A stretch of 64,000 bases of DNA, taken from assembly GCA_965644295.1 (NCBI GenBank), contig CBFFRP010000362.1:62001-126000 (forward strand), given 5' to 3'. Below are positions 12,792 to 26,740 of this stretch, piece after piece; the stretch's first letter is position 1; each line of letters starts with the position of its first letter. The stretch is from Paraphysomonas bandaiensis (lineage: Eukaryota > Protista > Chrysophyceae). The position numbers and the translations under genes are program-made. The notes under the pieces were generated by a model, which was not told the DNA's origin, did no database searches, and saw nothing but the letters and a program-made list of their open reading frames with translations.

Positions 12792-15762
12792 CTAAATTTC
12801 AACACGTAAATCTGTCAGCGTAGCACCGAGGGCGCACTCAATGTCTTCTGTTAGATTTCTTGTTAATACTGTGTCCTCACTAATCAAAGCTGTGGTATAG
12901 CTTCCTCTTATATACAATCCACTCCTTTGCCCGTCGCATACTAAACATTTAATAAGTGTGAGTCGTGCCCCTCCTTGTGCTGAGATATTTGCTAAGCGAT
13001 TTCCATTAACGGTACACTGTTGAATAAGAAATGAGCAGCCGCATACAAGTATTCCTCCTGATAAATTTTCAACAATTATCGAGTTTTTTATACACAATGA
13101 GGGTGGTGTACTTAACACACCACCAACGTCACCAGAGGAGACTGGCTCATTAAGCCCAGCGTCCAAGCACGAGAGAAGCTCCACTCCACATCCTCTGTTA
13201 CCACTGACACGACAACAAAACATCCATAACTGCGCTGACTGAGAGGCAAAGACTCCACTTTTCCCACACTCACTGACCATACAATGCTCCAACAACACGA
13301 GGCCACCAGAGGAGCAGTGTACACCGGAATCAACGCAACCCCGCACCACACTGTCGTACATGTTACACTCTGCCTTGCCGCTAACATATACCGCGACTCG
13401 CAAAAAACACGACTCGAATAAGCACGACGAGACACGAGCACCACACCCATTTAATACAGCTATAGCAGAGCGGATGGGGTAAGAAGAGTGCCCCTCCGGA
13501 GACTGATCATCCCATGCAGCTGAATCAACAAAGACGCAGTCTTGAAGGACAACTCGACAGCCCTGACCATTGCCACAGGCAATATGCTTCGACATAGTAT
13601 CTCTGTCTGAATTGTACCCCTTTTTAGATAACGCGAATTTCACATGGTAAACACTAAATACACCTCTTTCCTTCATGTCACTTTTGGTAGTACCTTCTGA
13701 AAATACTTCAATTGAGCCGCGTGGCCCAACCTCAACGACAGCTCTTTCACCAGAGTATGAAAACGAAGTACAGGCCATATCGGGGGGAGTTTCACTGCAG
13801 GTATCTCGATGCGTCGATATAGCAAGAAAATGAAGAGAGCTCAGAAACGGGACGCACCCGAGGTATATACGGTAGGGTGAGGTGAGTTGATACGACTCAG
13901 CTCGGTTATCCAACAGCACTACGTATTGTACGCAGTGTGGAAGCGCGTTTTTTTCTTCCTTATTCTCTTTAGGTCCACTAGATATTTCGCCTCGTTTCCT
14001 TGCTGCTTCTCGTCGAGCCCTCCTATTCCCCACCCCACTCTCCGTAGTAGAGCCTAAATTTGCGTTGGCCTTATTATTATGGCGTTTCTTGACGCGGCTT
14101 TGCTTATTCTGCACGTATACTATTGCCGCGTCCAGAGACCCAAATATTCGTATACCGACATTACTACATTTCGTATCAATAGTTTCTTGTGACGAGTTCA
14201 AAAAAGGATTTACCATAAGTACTTCAAGAAACAGCTCGAAGCTATGCTTCGCAGCGTTCTGATAGCTGCTGTCGTCACCAGAAAGCATTCGAAGCAAATC
14301 ACATATACTGTTAACAGTGGATGAAGGATCAGTTGAGCTTACACCTTGACCTCCATATTTGCAAATATTTTCAAGGCAATGTAAAGCGGTCGATGCGACT
14401 GCGTTGCATGAGCATATGACATCTGAATCTTTCCTGTACGTACTCGGAAAATCGGATTCGCCACTTGAAGATCGGATACACTGGCAGTTTTGTGAGCGGC
14501 ACCCAGCAGATGCCGTAGATGGACGACAAGAAAGAGGAGACAATTTTTTTTGTCTCTTAATTGACACCATATGTGTTGCAACGGATATACCTCTTTTTTT
14601 ACCAGCAGACCGCGCAGCAGCTTCAACTTCAGGCACTGTTAATACAGTCTTGATAATGTATTAGGATATTCGGAACACTTACAATTCATGTACTCACCTT
14701 AATGCACTGATAGTCAGCATGCATTTCGACAGCCACTAAATGTGAGCTGAACTGATCAGATCCCAAATGTGGGTTCAGGACCCCACATAAAACGTCGGCT
14801 GAGATGGACAACCGTCGCACATTAATCACACGCCAAATGTCGGCAGAACATACACAATTGTGCTCATTTACCAGCCGGCTAAGAAGTCGCCCCACATTAT
14901 CCTCGCGTCTCTTACCATCTAACAATAATGCGCGTTGGACAAGATTTACATCGATAACCGCGTTGCTCCACATGTCGCCCAGTCGGATTAGTTGAGAATC
15001 GCTGCAACTCAGAACACCCTTTTCTGTCACTGGAAGCACTGCCTGAGTGCATTCAGGGTTCACATATGCACCGCACACATATAAGTCCGATGGAGATGGA
15101 AATGTTACGCGGATCATAAGTCGGCATCCATGTGGAAACGACCAGCAACATAACGGAGTTGCGAGTTTGCCTTCAGACGAAATTACCTGACGAACTGCAG
15201 ACAGCGCTGCTCTGAGTCCAAATTCATGAGGTGCTAAGCATGAAGCTGGTCTTGTGATGCCATATGTATCAAATGGAGTTGAATAACAACCATCATCACC
15301 TAATAGTTGCCGCGAATCAGTGAAGTTTAAGTTCAAAATGCCCCCATCGACAAGTACACGAACACATTGAGAAACATACGGCAATGAACTTCCAAACGGA
15401 TCGACTTCAATAACATGAAACAAACCAAATTGTAACATATCAGTCGTATGTATGTCTTGTTGAATAAATTGAGTTCGGTTGCTGAGATTATTCGAAGCAG
15501 CATTATCTATACATGACTGTATACACTGCATACTACTGTCCACTCCAATCGCCTCAGACTCTCCATTAATTTCAGTACAAAATCTAAACGATCTTATTCC
15601 TGATCCACAAAATAAATCCAACAGTCTTCTTTTACATCCGTTAAAATGAAGGGAGAAATAAGACTGTAATACTGCTACAGTTACATCTCTCTGTGTGCGC
15701 TGATGACAAGAATAGAACACCCCTCTATTGGTATTAATACATACATGCCCTTCATGGTTCAT
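12792..15762 (-). CDS. Trm1-like (tRNA m2,2G26) methyltransferase domain fused to a right-handed beta-helix; 2 exons, about 973 aa
   Basis: Trm1 motifs VFYSCHQRTQRDVTV, LDLFCGSGIRSFRF, IEVDPFGS and HEFGLR. A 49-bp intron at 14649-14697 (GTGAGT...CTAAT...AAG) joins in frame to an ORF with parallel beta-helix repeats (C.V.GN...GV). Confidence 0.8.
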
Positions 15763-16311
15763 TGTATTGTTATCGTCACATATGTGAGGATGTATAGAGG
15801 GATATGTGAGTGAGGTGTATGGAGTGCACAGTGGATGTTGACTTAGCTACGAAGAGTTCTATACATTAAAAGCGAAGAGTTGGGAAATAGCCAACTACAA
15901 TACAGAATTATAATTTAGAGGTGTTTGATTGGATATCGTATTTCTATGGGAGAGTGTGGGGGTGGAAACTCCGGTATTTATATAGAAATTGCACTTTTTT
16001 GTAGTGTATCCTATAAAACCATAGTTTTACCAGTATAGAGATGTATCAGTCAATTGACTTCAGGGACATCACTCTGACTCTATCTATCATATAGGCAGAC
16101 CCAGACAGCTCAGCTCATCCAAACAGTCATTCAATTGACTCGATCAATATTTACTTCCTTCTATCTAAATATCAGGATATCTAGGATCTAGATCTGTGAA
16201 AATGGCCTATATTGACCCAATAAAACTACCAAACCATACCTTTCCTCTGAATATACAGTACGATAAGACACTGTATCTCTGTATCTCTGTACATACTAAG
16301 ACCTCCAGAGG

Positions 16312-16931
16312 ATGAAACTATCGAAAGGTATACCAAACAATGGATTGAATGGATCAAAGCGTCATTCACAGTATAGAGGAGTGTATCGATGTGGAAAGAA
16401 ATGGAAGAGTCAGAGTAAGCCCCTGTATAGTCATCCTCACATGCTATACCCTCCATATGATGTATGTGATGAGTTACATGTGATGACAGTACAAATCAAT
16501 GGAAAACAAGAGTATCTCGGCACATTTATAACGGAAGAAGAGGTGATGGATATATGCCTCTGTGTAGCCCGTAAGTAGCCCGTGTGTAATGCGATATGAT
16601 GCAGGCAGCAGCGGCGTATGATATACGGGCTCTTGAATGTGGTCGTGCGGAGTGTGTTAATTATGTCCCGGCAGGCAGCAGAGGCGTCGGTACACTATAC
16701 TCAACACTCAAAGCTAAGATACGGCTGGGGAAAGTGGTGCTACAGCTGTATCATGCCCGGAAAGAGTTCTCTCAGTCTCTGCTGAGAAGTATAAATGCCG
16801 AAAATGACACATGTCAGCATTTAAGTGTTCTGCTGGAAACTATAGAAGCGCTAACAGTGAAACGTAGGCTTGTGATTGATGAATTGCATTCTATAGTTCC
16901 AGCTTCTGTCACACACTCGTCGTGTGCTTGA
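16312..16931 (+). CDS. AP2/ERF-domain DNA-binding protein, 3 exons
   Basis: The spliced product reads SQYRGVYRCGKKWKSQIQINGKQEYLGTFITEEEAAAAYD, using introns at about 16414-16489 and 16543-16604. Confidence 0.85.
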
Positions 16932-17588
16932 GATGTTTTTTGTTCATGTGTAATACTTTCTATATGTGCGGGAATGAAAGGTATCGAAAAATCTTTGTGT
17001 TCATATTAGCTATAGTTTCAATTTAAATGTGTTGTCTTATTCAACAAAGTGGTAAAACCTACTTCTGTGTGTTATATTTGGAATCGCAAAGTCCTAGGGA
17101 ATAGGGAATAGGGACACAGCAGACCTGTCTATAGAAGTTATAGGCTCACCATTTAATTGACTGCTGACGCTAAAATGTATAGTTTGAATGTCGCAATCAC
17201 TAAAAGTATCCAAATAATTCAAATCCTATTCATACCAAGACAAGTGACAATGTGCTAGTTTAAAAAAAAACACTTTTACAACATCGGTGTCAGTGATATA
17301 CAGAACAGACATAGTAACAATCTAAACTATATATGAGCAGATCTCAAGATAAGTAATAATTCACACTCATCCTATCATACTTTTGTTAGAGCCACGATAG
17401 CCGATAGCGAGCACAATTACAGGCTACAGGCTAAATCATTATGATTATATATATTACTTCGCTATGATTTTATATATATGCTACATATCTCTTCGGGGTA
17501 TCGTAAACTTCTACCACCTACCTATCCATAAACATAATACAAATCATGTTAATTATAAACAGACAAAGAATATCAGACAACGACCACA

Positions 17589-20500
17589 TTATAACAAATA
17601 AGCTTTGAATATACGTACAAACTCTGAAACATTGACCATCTCATCGTCTTCCATCATTTTTATAGAATCCAGTATACTATAATTGGCCGCCTCTGGTAGT
17701 TGAAGACCCTTGATTTTATCTCGTAAATATCCGACCGCAACAAAGCCAACATCATTCTCATCGTAATACTCGAATATAAGTTCCAGATCGGATTCTTTTA
17801 AAAAATCTTTCCCTATCACTTTTCGCTTAGATATCTCCGCCTCGACATATTTGAGAATAAGACGTTGTACTTCACTACGGGCATTCCCAAATACTACTGG
17901 GATAAGATCTTTGATGGACAAAAACCCATCTCCAGACTGATCCACGCGCATGAATATCGCTCTCGCCTGTTGCTGTGTAACTGATTTATTCAGTGAGGTG
18001 AAGAATTTGCACCACTCATCAGGATCTAAATCTCCTGAATAATCTTCGTCCACTTTCTGAAAGATTTCCAAGAAGTGTTTCACGTCTTTCATCTTATAAA
18101 ATGGCAGCAAGACACGGTTATTTAGTATCTTTTTTTCCGCGGTAATATCAATAGTGTGGCTATATGTACTCCTTATTGCTGCTGTTAGTTTCTTTTCAAG
18201 AAGGCCGAGGGCCGTTTTGGCCTGTGTGTTCATGCGCCGAATGGTACCCACTGCAGCCCGTTTCTTTACCGGCTTATCAGCTTGTTGAAGTTCCCAGTCC
18301 GGCACACTACTAGCTTCAGCATCCGTTATTTTCTGAATCATTCTCGCTATCCGCTCCTTGTCGATCCCCTTTTTAGCGGGTAAAAATCCAATGTTACTTT
18401 GGCGTCTCATCGACTGCCTCGATTCACTAAGAGGAACATATTGGATCTTTCCTCCACCTTGTTCATTCTCATCATCACTCCCATCCCCGCCATTTCGTAG
18501 GGGAGGAAGTGTACTGATGTCATGAGATGGTGGTCCAGTCACGTGAACCATAGAACCAATTCGCCGAACGTTTTGTTTAATCCGTGTCAAAGAGACCACA
18601 TGTCGAGCCTGAGCATTGGAGAACCTCTTTTTTTCGGCGTAAACCCGATTAGCATTTTTATACATTTCCTGCAGGCGAATATTTAAAACAAACATCGAAA
18701 TCGCTCGGTACACGGAAACATACAGGAAACATGCATTATGACCACATCAATGACAGAGAAAAATGATAGATACATCACAAATGTAGCGTAGAGTGTACCT
18801 TTTGTGCGCCGAAGCTGACTTCAGCCTCCGCCACTGATCCTAATGACGGCATTTCCAAATTCGCACTTAGACGTGTATTTCGCAGCATCACCTCTGGAAC
18901 GGCCCTGCTGTAAACTTGAACTTTGTCCCTATCATTGTTCACCCGGCGAAGAATACGGTGACTTTCTGCGTCAAGAAGACCTTCGTGATGGCCCGTCTGA
19001 ATAGAATTCTCAGAAAAAGCGGTTGACACAGTAGACGCAATATCAGACGAATTGATCCAAAGAGAGTCTGTAGAACTAATAGAGGTAATAGATTTTAGTG
19101 ACTTCGTGGAGTAGTCACTGCAGAGACTTTGGGGAGATATTAGAGGAAGTCGCGATGATTGTTTTGTTGACGAATTGTCATCGGCATGAATCACACTCAT
19201 ATCAACAGGAGGGGGGCGGTTACTGTTTATGAATTGGCCAAGCCGCTGCCCTTGACTCGAATCAGTCCCTGACAGACGATTACTGGTCTTAAAAGGCATA
19301 TCTTCTGCAGCATCTTTAGGCTCTGACAGTTCTTGCAACACCTTATTTCTCAGGACGGCACGGGCATTGGCCGTGCTTGTGCGATTGGTCACTATCGGCG
19401 CGCGATCTGGATTAGTAAAATGGGGCACATTTCCCTTTATTGGGCCCGTTTGTATGCCCTTTCGTCTTTCGCCTTTGTTGTCATCACGTCTCGGTGTATC
19501 TCCGCCTGTTATCATCTTAACTAAGCGCGCTGCAATGTCTCGGTGGGATTTGGTCACTGGTATACGTTCCAAAATAAATTTCCATCCCATAGCATCACTT
19601 GAATTCATTGCATTCTTTTTCATCCTCTCAGTTATGTTCGGCAACGGTAGCTCTCCCAGGCAATCTTTGTCCATGTTCCATAATCGATGATAACCATCTA
19701 ACGAAACCGTTACAATACAGCCGTGCTCATGGAGAGGTATCAAGCATGGAATAATGTCGTTGTGTACTCTCCATGAACGCATTGGCTTCTCGCATATAGC
19801 CACTGCTTCTCCAAGAACTTCAGAATTATTGGTTGGTATAGATACGTTAACAGAGCTTATTCTCTTCGTGAACTGCTCTTGACGCCGCTTCCGATTGTTA
19901 TAGAGTGGAGTTTGAGAAGGTGTTGCAGATGGGCTATCTCGGCCGGTAAGTGAAAACACACTTGGACTACCAGAACGAGAGTCGCGCTCCTCATTGTCAG
20001 CAGATTGGGCCTCATTCGATAAGATGCTTGTCTGCTGTGTTTTAATAACAGTAACATTCTTTGAATCCGTCTCGCTAAAGTTAATTGCATCTGATGATGC
20101 AAGGCAACTGCTACTCCCACATACATCCGAGGAATCGTCTTCAATGTTTCCTTCCTCGTTATCGTCTTCATCACGTTTCTTTTCACAGAAACTCTCATCA
20201 ACTTCAGATATAGAACTCGAAACGCCCCCGCTTTTATAAAATGCTTCCATGAACTCATCACGTTTAATATTGGTATCAACCTTACTCGTCATGTTTGTAG
20301 TGCTCGTTTGTCGGGACATCATGCGGCTACTCACACTGGAGCCGAGAGTATTTGGGAATAAGTGACGGAATGCTGCTGCGGAATCTTTTCTCAGATGAGT
20401 TGCATTCCACGTTATTAGATGACCTTCATCTGTAGTGGCCACAAACAAATCACCCCATCGAGTCGAATTTTGACTGGCGGAATAATTCACGGAACCGCTT

Positions 20501-23424
20501 GACGGACAATGCAACATTATCATACCAGAAATATACATTGAAGTAGGATTGATAAGGCAATGCGTCACTGCAATTTTGATGTCAAGAGTGTCGATGGTAT
20601 AGATTCGAACCCCTTTGCCAGTACACACTGCTAGAGTGAGAATGTGGTCCTGTTCTAGTGGCTGACCTAAAGCCATGCGTTCTTTGATATCAACGCTATC
20701 ACCAGACGCAGCCAATATTTCGATGTCAGATATTGTCACTTCTTCTTGTATTAATATTAGTCGTTTGAAAGAAGTCATATGCCATACACCCCAATATTTT
20801 CCACCAGAAGCAGCCACAACCAATTTTAGCGATTCAGCAACTTTTACTATCACTATGCCACAATTATCTCCAATAGCAGATTCAGCTGTGTTATGCACAG
20901 TGAGTGCACCTGAATTCTCTTCCATGCATCTGATTCGGCCGTCCAGAGAACCAGAAAACAAGAGTCCACGCGTTCCCTTCACGACTGCCATACATGAAAC
21001 TTCTTTAGAATGTGCCATTATTGAATCAATAACAGCTCCAGTAGCAAAATTAAGCAGCAGAATATTCCCACTGTTGCATCCCACATAAATACGCCGCCCA
21101 TACTCACCATCGAGGCAAAAGCAAGTGATGTCAGATGAGTCTACATCATTGAATGAGGCCTGGAACGCTCCAGCTGAGATATCATACTTGAATATATTGC
21201 GACCAATGCCGGTTACCACGCAAGCGTTAGGTTCCGAGTAACACATGCAAGTTGGAGGAACAAATTCAGCTGCATTCTTCTCTGGTATCAAGTGAATCAA
21301 TTTCGAAGAGGCAGCTATTATGTTGGAATAATTTCCTTTCGAGTGAAGAGGATCGTACGGCAATTCAAGAAAACGTATACGGGCTACTTGAGGCTCATTC
21401 GTGGAAATGTTAAATACTTGTAGGACTTGGGCAAATCCACACTGACTACCCTTCTCTTTGACAAATACGTTCCACAAGCGGAATTCGCCACCATCATCAC
21501 ATGTAACTGCTCTTAAATTGTCGTCCGTTTGGTTTGCTGCGCACATCATTTTAGCTGCAGCCACCGGCATGCGGTGGCCCTTTAATATCAACGTTGGCTC
21601 TTTCAGAGCAATGTCCCATGTCTTCGCCTCGCATTCGAATCCTGCAGACAGTAAAACACCTTTCGCGTATGACATGCAACGAACACCGCGCTTATGACCA
21701 AGAAGTACGCCTTTCACGCGCCGGCTAGATTGGCTCCAGAGCACAATTCGTTTGTCCAGAGAACATGATGCAAAAAGATCCATCCGGTCGATTGCAATGA
21801 AGTCAGTGACCAGATCTTTATGACGCGACACGTGGAATATGGGTAAGGTACCTTCCAAATCCCACCCATATATAATATTATCCGCTCCCACGGAACAGAG
21901 AAGCTTGCAGCCCTCGCTCCAGCATAGCTTTACATGCAAGAAACTAGAAAATATTTTGTTAAATATAGTATAGTGAATACGTTTCCCATTCAGACTGCAC
22001 TGCTCGCGAACAATGACAATGGTATGGTCAGATGCACAGTATGCATAAAGATCTTTCCAAGGAATATACACTATATCGTATACTTTCGGCTTTTCGTGCA
22101 TTTCTCCACCATTAGTGACCTTAGTTGGATCTAACACGGCTTCCAATCCAAATCGGTCGTTGAACATAAGAACATTTTCAGCCTTATCTTGCAGTACCAC
22201 CACACGCTTTTGCTCTGGAACATACTTCATTCCTGCTAGAGAGTTATAGCTATTTAACGTTGTTTCTTTGATTTCATTATCTTCACCATACTCAATCACG
22301 TAGTTATCGAGTGTGTCAGCTGTCAAGGCATTGCCTCCATCTGATGCCCCACTACCGGCACCCACTGCCCCAACTAGCCCGGTGTGAATGCAAAATGTAG
22401 TGAACTCATCCCAGTCCACAGCGCCATCTCCATTAAAATCTATTTGGCTGAACATATCTTGCAGTATTGCCACGGTGTAAGCACTTTCTACCTCGTCAAT
22501 CACCCGCGGATGGGTCTCATACAGCTGACGAAATATAACTTCGGTGAACTGTCGAATAGGCAACCCGTTACCCTTCTGAAAACTTTTCTTTAATTTTGGC
22601 AGCGCAGTAGAGGACAGAGCAGAGCATATAGCTTTCACAGAAGGAAAGAGACGCGGCCTATACTTGTCGAGTGCAGGAACAGCCGATACAACCAGTTGTC
22701 CACACCTCTCATCCTTCTCCCGTGACGTGGCTACATACAATGGCTCGAAAACATTCTTGAATAGCCATTTACAGGATCCATCGTCGTTCCACCCATCTTT
22801 ATACAATATACTAAGTGCCACGCCTTGAAAATCTTTTCTCGTGCGATTCATTGTTTGAAATAACTTTGGAGATGGCCCCCCCGTGCCTTCAACTTTACTC
22901 ATAAAATTGTCACCGTCACATTCTAAATTCTCTTGCGTACAGTGCGTAATGATCTGCTGCACGAACTGAAAATTTCGTGGACCACCATCAACAAACAGCA
23001 CTATAGCGGCAGTTCGAGGGTGTACCCGACTCAAATCTATATGTACATTTTCTTGATGAGAAGAAGATTGTGCGTGACTGTCGATATCAGCTTCTAATTG
23101 TGAACTACCATCTACTGATACGGGGTTGTCAAATGTGAGTTTCTCAATAAAGCGGGCCTAAAAAAAACAGTAAAAGAACCATTTCAACGGAACAAAGTAT
23201 ACATACTCTTTCGTCGTAGAAGAGAACAAAAAGATCAAGGTCGCAAATGATTCCATTTGAACTAATCCACTCCACAGCCTATCGTACATAAATAATAACA
23301 CACCCCATACATACATACATATGTACAATCCTACCAGTCGAGTGCCTGTGGTGCGCGGGTTGAACGTATATAATTCATTTAATCCAACTTTCGGAACTTC
23401 TTGACCTCCTCTTTGTCGTGGCAT
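17589..23424 (-). CDS. TerD-like domain + EF-hand + WD40 repeats + C-terminal EF-hands (WDR49/EFCAB8-like core), 4 exons
   Basis: Exons 23424-23335, 23278-23207, 23157-18799 and 18668-17589 are in frame. EF loops DFNGDGAVDWDE, DEDYSGDLDPDE and DQSGDGFLSIKD are present, with many GH...WD-type repeats. Confidence 0.85.
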
Positions 23425-24529
23425 GTTCGATAATTATCCAATAGCGGCTATAACCAGGACAAAACAATGTGTTTAGGTGGCTATACAGCTACTCATGTTG
23501 CCACAGGTTCTATCAATTAATATAACTAATCGTCTCAATCAAACATACACAGACAGTCTATCGGACATATCTGAAACAACTCGCTACTCATTGGGCCTTA
23601 TTCATAGCACCTCTCACTCTCTAGCTGATATTATTATGGTAATGCTCGATGGGAGCTCCAGCGCCCTCTTCATATGATAAAACACGTACAGTATATCGCC
23701 GGTTTCGACAGTCTTCTAACTGTAGTCACAGTAGTATATGAAATACATCGTACTTTATATATGGAATACATATGATCATATCACCTACTGCTGTGTATGA
23801 GTGTATAGGTACAGAGTTCTGTAGTACACACCAGTGTGTTGTACTGTGTATCATCCCATATATCGTCAGCTCAGGTGCCTCAGGTCCAAAAAAAACATGC
23901 CCCAGGTGTGCTCCTCTGCATGCATGTCCGTGTGGGGGTGTGGTCACGTGGCCGGCTGGTATCTTTACTATTAAGTGTGTACAGAGCATCGAGAAGCCAA
24001 GAAGTAGGTACATAGAGAAAGTGGCTTTGGGGGTTGACGTGCAAGCAGGGGTTATTAGTTGAGACAAGTAAACTTACACGCTCATACGCTCATGTCCCCC
24101 TAAACACACCCACTATAGCCCACACACATCTATATCCTCTTTTTACTACCTTGTTTTGCATGTTTTTGTTATTACTGGAGAGTGAGTGAGTATGAGGCAC
24201 ACTAAACTGATAGTTCAGAAGTCGAATCTCGTATATGATCATTTTTACACATTGGTGGAGCTCTTCATTCTGTAACAGTTTCAAGCATATTTTCTATTTT
24301 AAACTTACATTCACGTGGTACTTCGATGAACTCTAACTGTTGCACGAGTTTTATAGTTTTAAACTAATAACATGAGCCCTATGAAATAAAAGACTCAGCA
24401 AGGAAAATTTAATTATTTTCAGACATGGGTGTGCATTTCCGTAGAATTTCTACGTTTTTATGTAACGTGTCTTCCTCTCAGTGTCCAAATCACCATAAAG
24501 TAAAACTGTATACAGTTCGAATAAGATTT

Positions 24530-24600
24530 TGTAATACAATATATTATTTCGTATGACAGGGCTAGGGAAAAATATATTGTATTGTAACATATATTGATCG
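24530..24600. mobile_element. hAT-family terminal fragment(s), apparently head-to-head
   Basis: CAGGGCTAGGGAAAAATATATTGTATTG at 24557 resembles the terminus at 6898. A degenerate inverted copy lies just left of it. No TSD was found. Confidence 0.45.
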
Positions 24601-25198
24601 GTCTACCGGCAAGAACAAATCCACCAACATTGTTACTGTTAAGCTAGCTCACTACTCACAATATATTGAACTTAATACTATATATCAAATTGGAAATTCA
24701 TACATCATGGATAATCAGTTTCATCATGTCATTGATAAGCAAGTACTGGTATAATAGCAAATGATAATAGTCATCAAGCCACTCACTGTTGAATAGTCTG
24801 GCAGCTAGATAAAATACATTAAATGACAGTCCCTGTCCCCCACACTGTCGTTTATTCTGGACTTTACGCCAACATATACAGTATATAGTATATTACTGTG
24901 CTAAGTGCTAACTATATATTTAAATGAATGTATTACATAACATGTATCCAAGATAAGCTACACACAAGGAATACGCTAGAATTAAATGTATATGTAGGAA
25001 AGGTTTATTCAATTAACAAACTCCCTCTCGGAACGGGGTTCATAGGGTTTAAACGTTTAAACACACTTCTTCAAAATAATCCAACTATTAGAAGACTCTC
25101 TAATATATAGGCAAAAATACAAGCTATACTGTACAATATACATGACGAAATATATTCACGGACTACATGTACCAGAGCATCGAAAACGTTGATAGTCA

Positions 25199-26740
25199 TC
25201 ATGGTTTAGTGGGCAACATCATACTCGGTAACGGTTTCTTATCTGGAAGAAAGAAATCCACAGCCCCTTTGTTGATTTGCTTCTCGCTATAATATTCCAG
25301 GTATAACAAGGGGTTGCGCAATTGCTGACAATGTTTCTGTTGTATAAACTCGAGAAACGTAAATTGTAAAAGGCGCAGGTCAGAATTATCTACATCAAAC
25401 ACGGAAGTCATGACATCTTGCTTACACAACTCCATATGATATGTTACTAACTGAATCCAAAAGTAACTGATAGTCATATGAAACCCGTCCTTCTGAAACG
25501 CGCGAAGCTTAGTTTGAATGCTGTCAACGCTGGCGCTACTTCTCCCCACGCTTTGCAGCACAACATATACCAACCTTAGAAAGCTCTCGTGACCCCATCC
25601 CGTCAGGGTTTGCGATTCAAAGCTCATTAGAAACTCTCTATCCGACAGCCTTGCACCTTGTCTAGTGACTATTTTGTGCTCGATGTTGCCATCATCACCT
25701 CCACCGACTTTTACGCTCAAAGCGGACATAACAGGTACATTCGCTTCTTCCATAGACAACATATCATAGAAATGATTCGGTGATGTGTCTGTACTTTCAC
25801 TGCCCACACTCAAACCACTTTCCTCAGTAGTCGTACCATCAGGCGCAAGCCCTTGTGAGCGCATCAATGAAAACATTATATTGACACCTGTTCGTGATTC
25901 GGATTCTTCTCCAGAATCACTAGGTGTGGTTAGTGATGACAACGTGTGTATGATTTCAGTCATATCTGGTCTATCTCCAGGTTTCTGAGACCAAAGTCGT
26001 TCCATTAGTAGACTAATTGTGCTTGGAACAGTTTCCGGCACATTCATGCGCTCGCCCTCACAGACACGTACAACAACATCAATCAGGTCATACCCCGCCC
26101 ACGGCTCAGCCTGGGCAAACATTTCATACAGCACTACGCCAAAAGAAAAGGCATCTGATCGTTCTGAAAATTTTCTTTGGCGCATAGCTTCTGGAGCAGT
26201 CCAACGAATGGGACCAAAATTACTGCGAGTATATGCTGCCGTCTCATCTTGTGCCTTGACTCGAGATAAACCAAAATCACTCACCCGTATATGGTTAGTA
26301 TCGTCCAATAAGAGGTTGCGACATGCTAGGTCTCTGTGCACGACGCCTTCGTAGTGCAGATGCCTCACCCCAAGAGCAGTCTCTGTTGCCCAACGATATA
26401 GTGTGTAAACGTCTATAGGGTTACTGCCAGTTCTTTTAAATAGTACGTCATACACAGAGCCATTCGGGTAATAAGTAGTGACGAGGCATCGACATGGAGT
26501 CATAACCACACCCACAAGATGAATAACATATGAGTGATTGCATACACGAGCCATAGTCTCAACCTCTCTAGAGAACTCACTCTCAGGAGACATATCAGTG
26601 CCTTTAAGCTGTTTAATAGCTACACTCATACCGCGCCATTCCCCTCGTCGAACTATACCAAAGCTCCCCTCTCCGATCACCTCCTGATATGATATCTGTT
26701 CAGAGTCCAACTCAATCACTGACAAGCACGAGCCCTCCAT
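25199..26740 (-). CDS. TKL-group protein kinase with an uncharacterised C-terminal helical domain
   Basis: GEGSFG, VAIK, HRDLACRN, DFGLS and PIRWTAPE are intact. Single exon; the likely start is MEGSCLS at 26740. Confidence 0.9.
   Translation of the reverse strand: MEGSCLSVIELDSEQISYQEVIGEGSFGIVRRGEWRGMSVAIKQLKGTDMSPESEFSREVETMARVCNHSYVIHLVGVVMTPCRCLVTTYYPNGSVYDVLFKRTGSNPIDVYTLYRWATETALGVRHLHYEGVVHRDLACRNLLLDDTNHIRVSDFGLSRVKAQDETAAYTRSNFGPIRWTAPEAMRQRKFSERSDAFSFGVVLYEMFAQAEPWAGYDLIDVVVRVCEGERMNVPETVPSTISLLMERLWSQKPGDRPDMTEIIHTLSSLTTPSDSGEESESRTGVNIMFSLMRSQGLAPDGTTTEESGLSVGSESTDTSPNHFYDMLSMEEANVPVMSALSVKVGGGDDGNIEHKIVTRQGARLSDREFLMSFESQTLTGWGHESFLRLVYVVLQSVGRSSASVDSIQTKLRAFQKDGFHMTISYFWIQLVTYHMELCKQDVMTSVFDVDNSDLRLLQFTFLEFIQQKHCQQLRNPLLYLEYYSEKQINKGAVDFFLPDKKPLPSMMLPTKP

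Noticed and set aside
19333-22593. Antisense and alternate-frame ORFs overlapping long genes (also within 31.9-35 kb, 49.8-50.3 kb and 62-63 kb)
   Set aside because: These are shadow ORFs of real coding strands with no independent motifs.
23726-24284. Short Cys-rich ORFs in the intergenic region
   Set aside because: No recognisable domain or splice structure; the composition resembles other promoter-proximal DNA.
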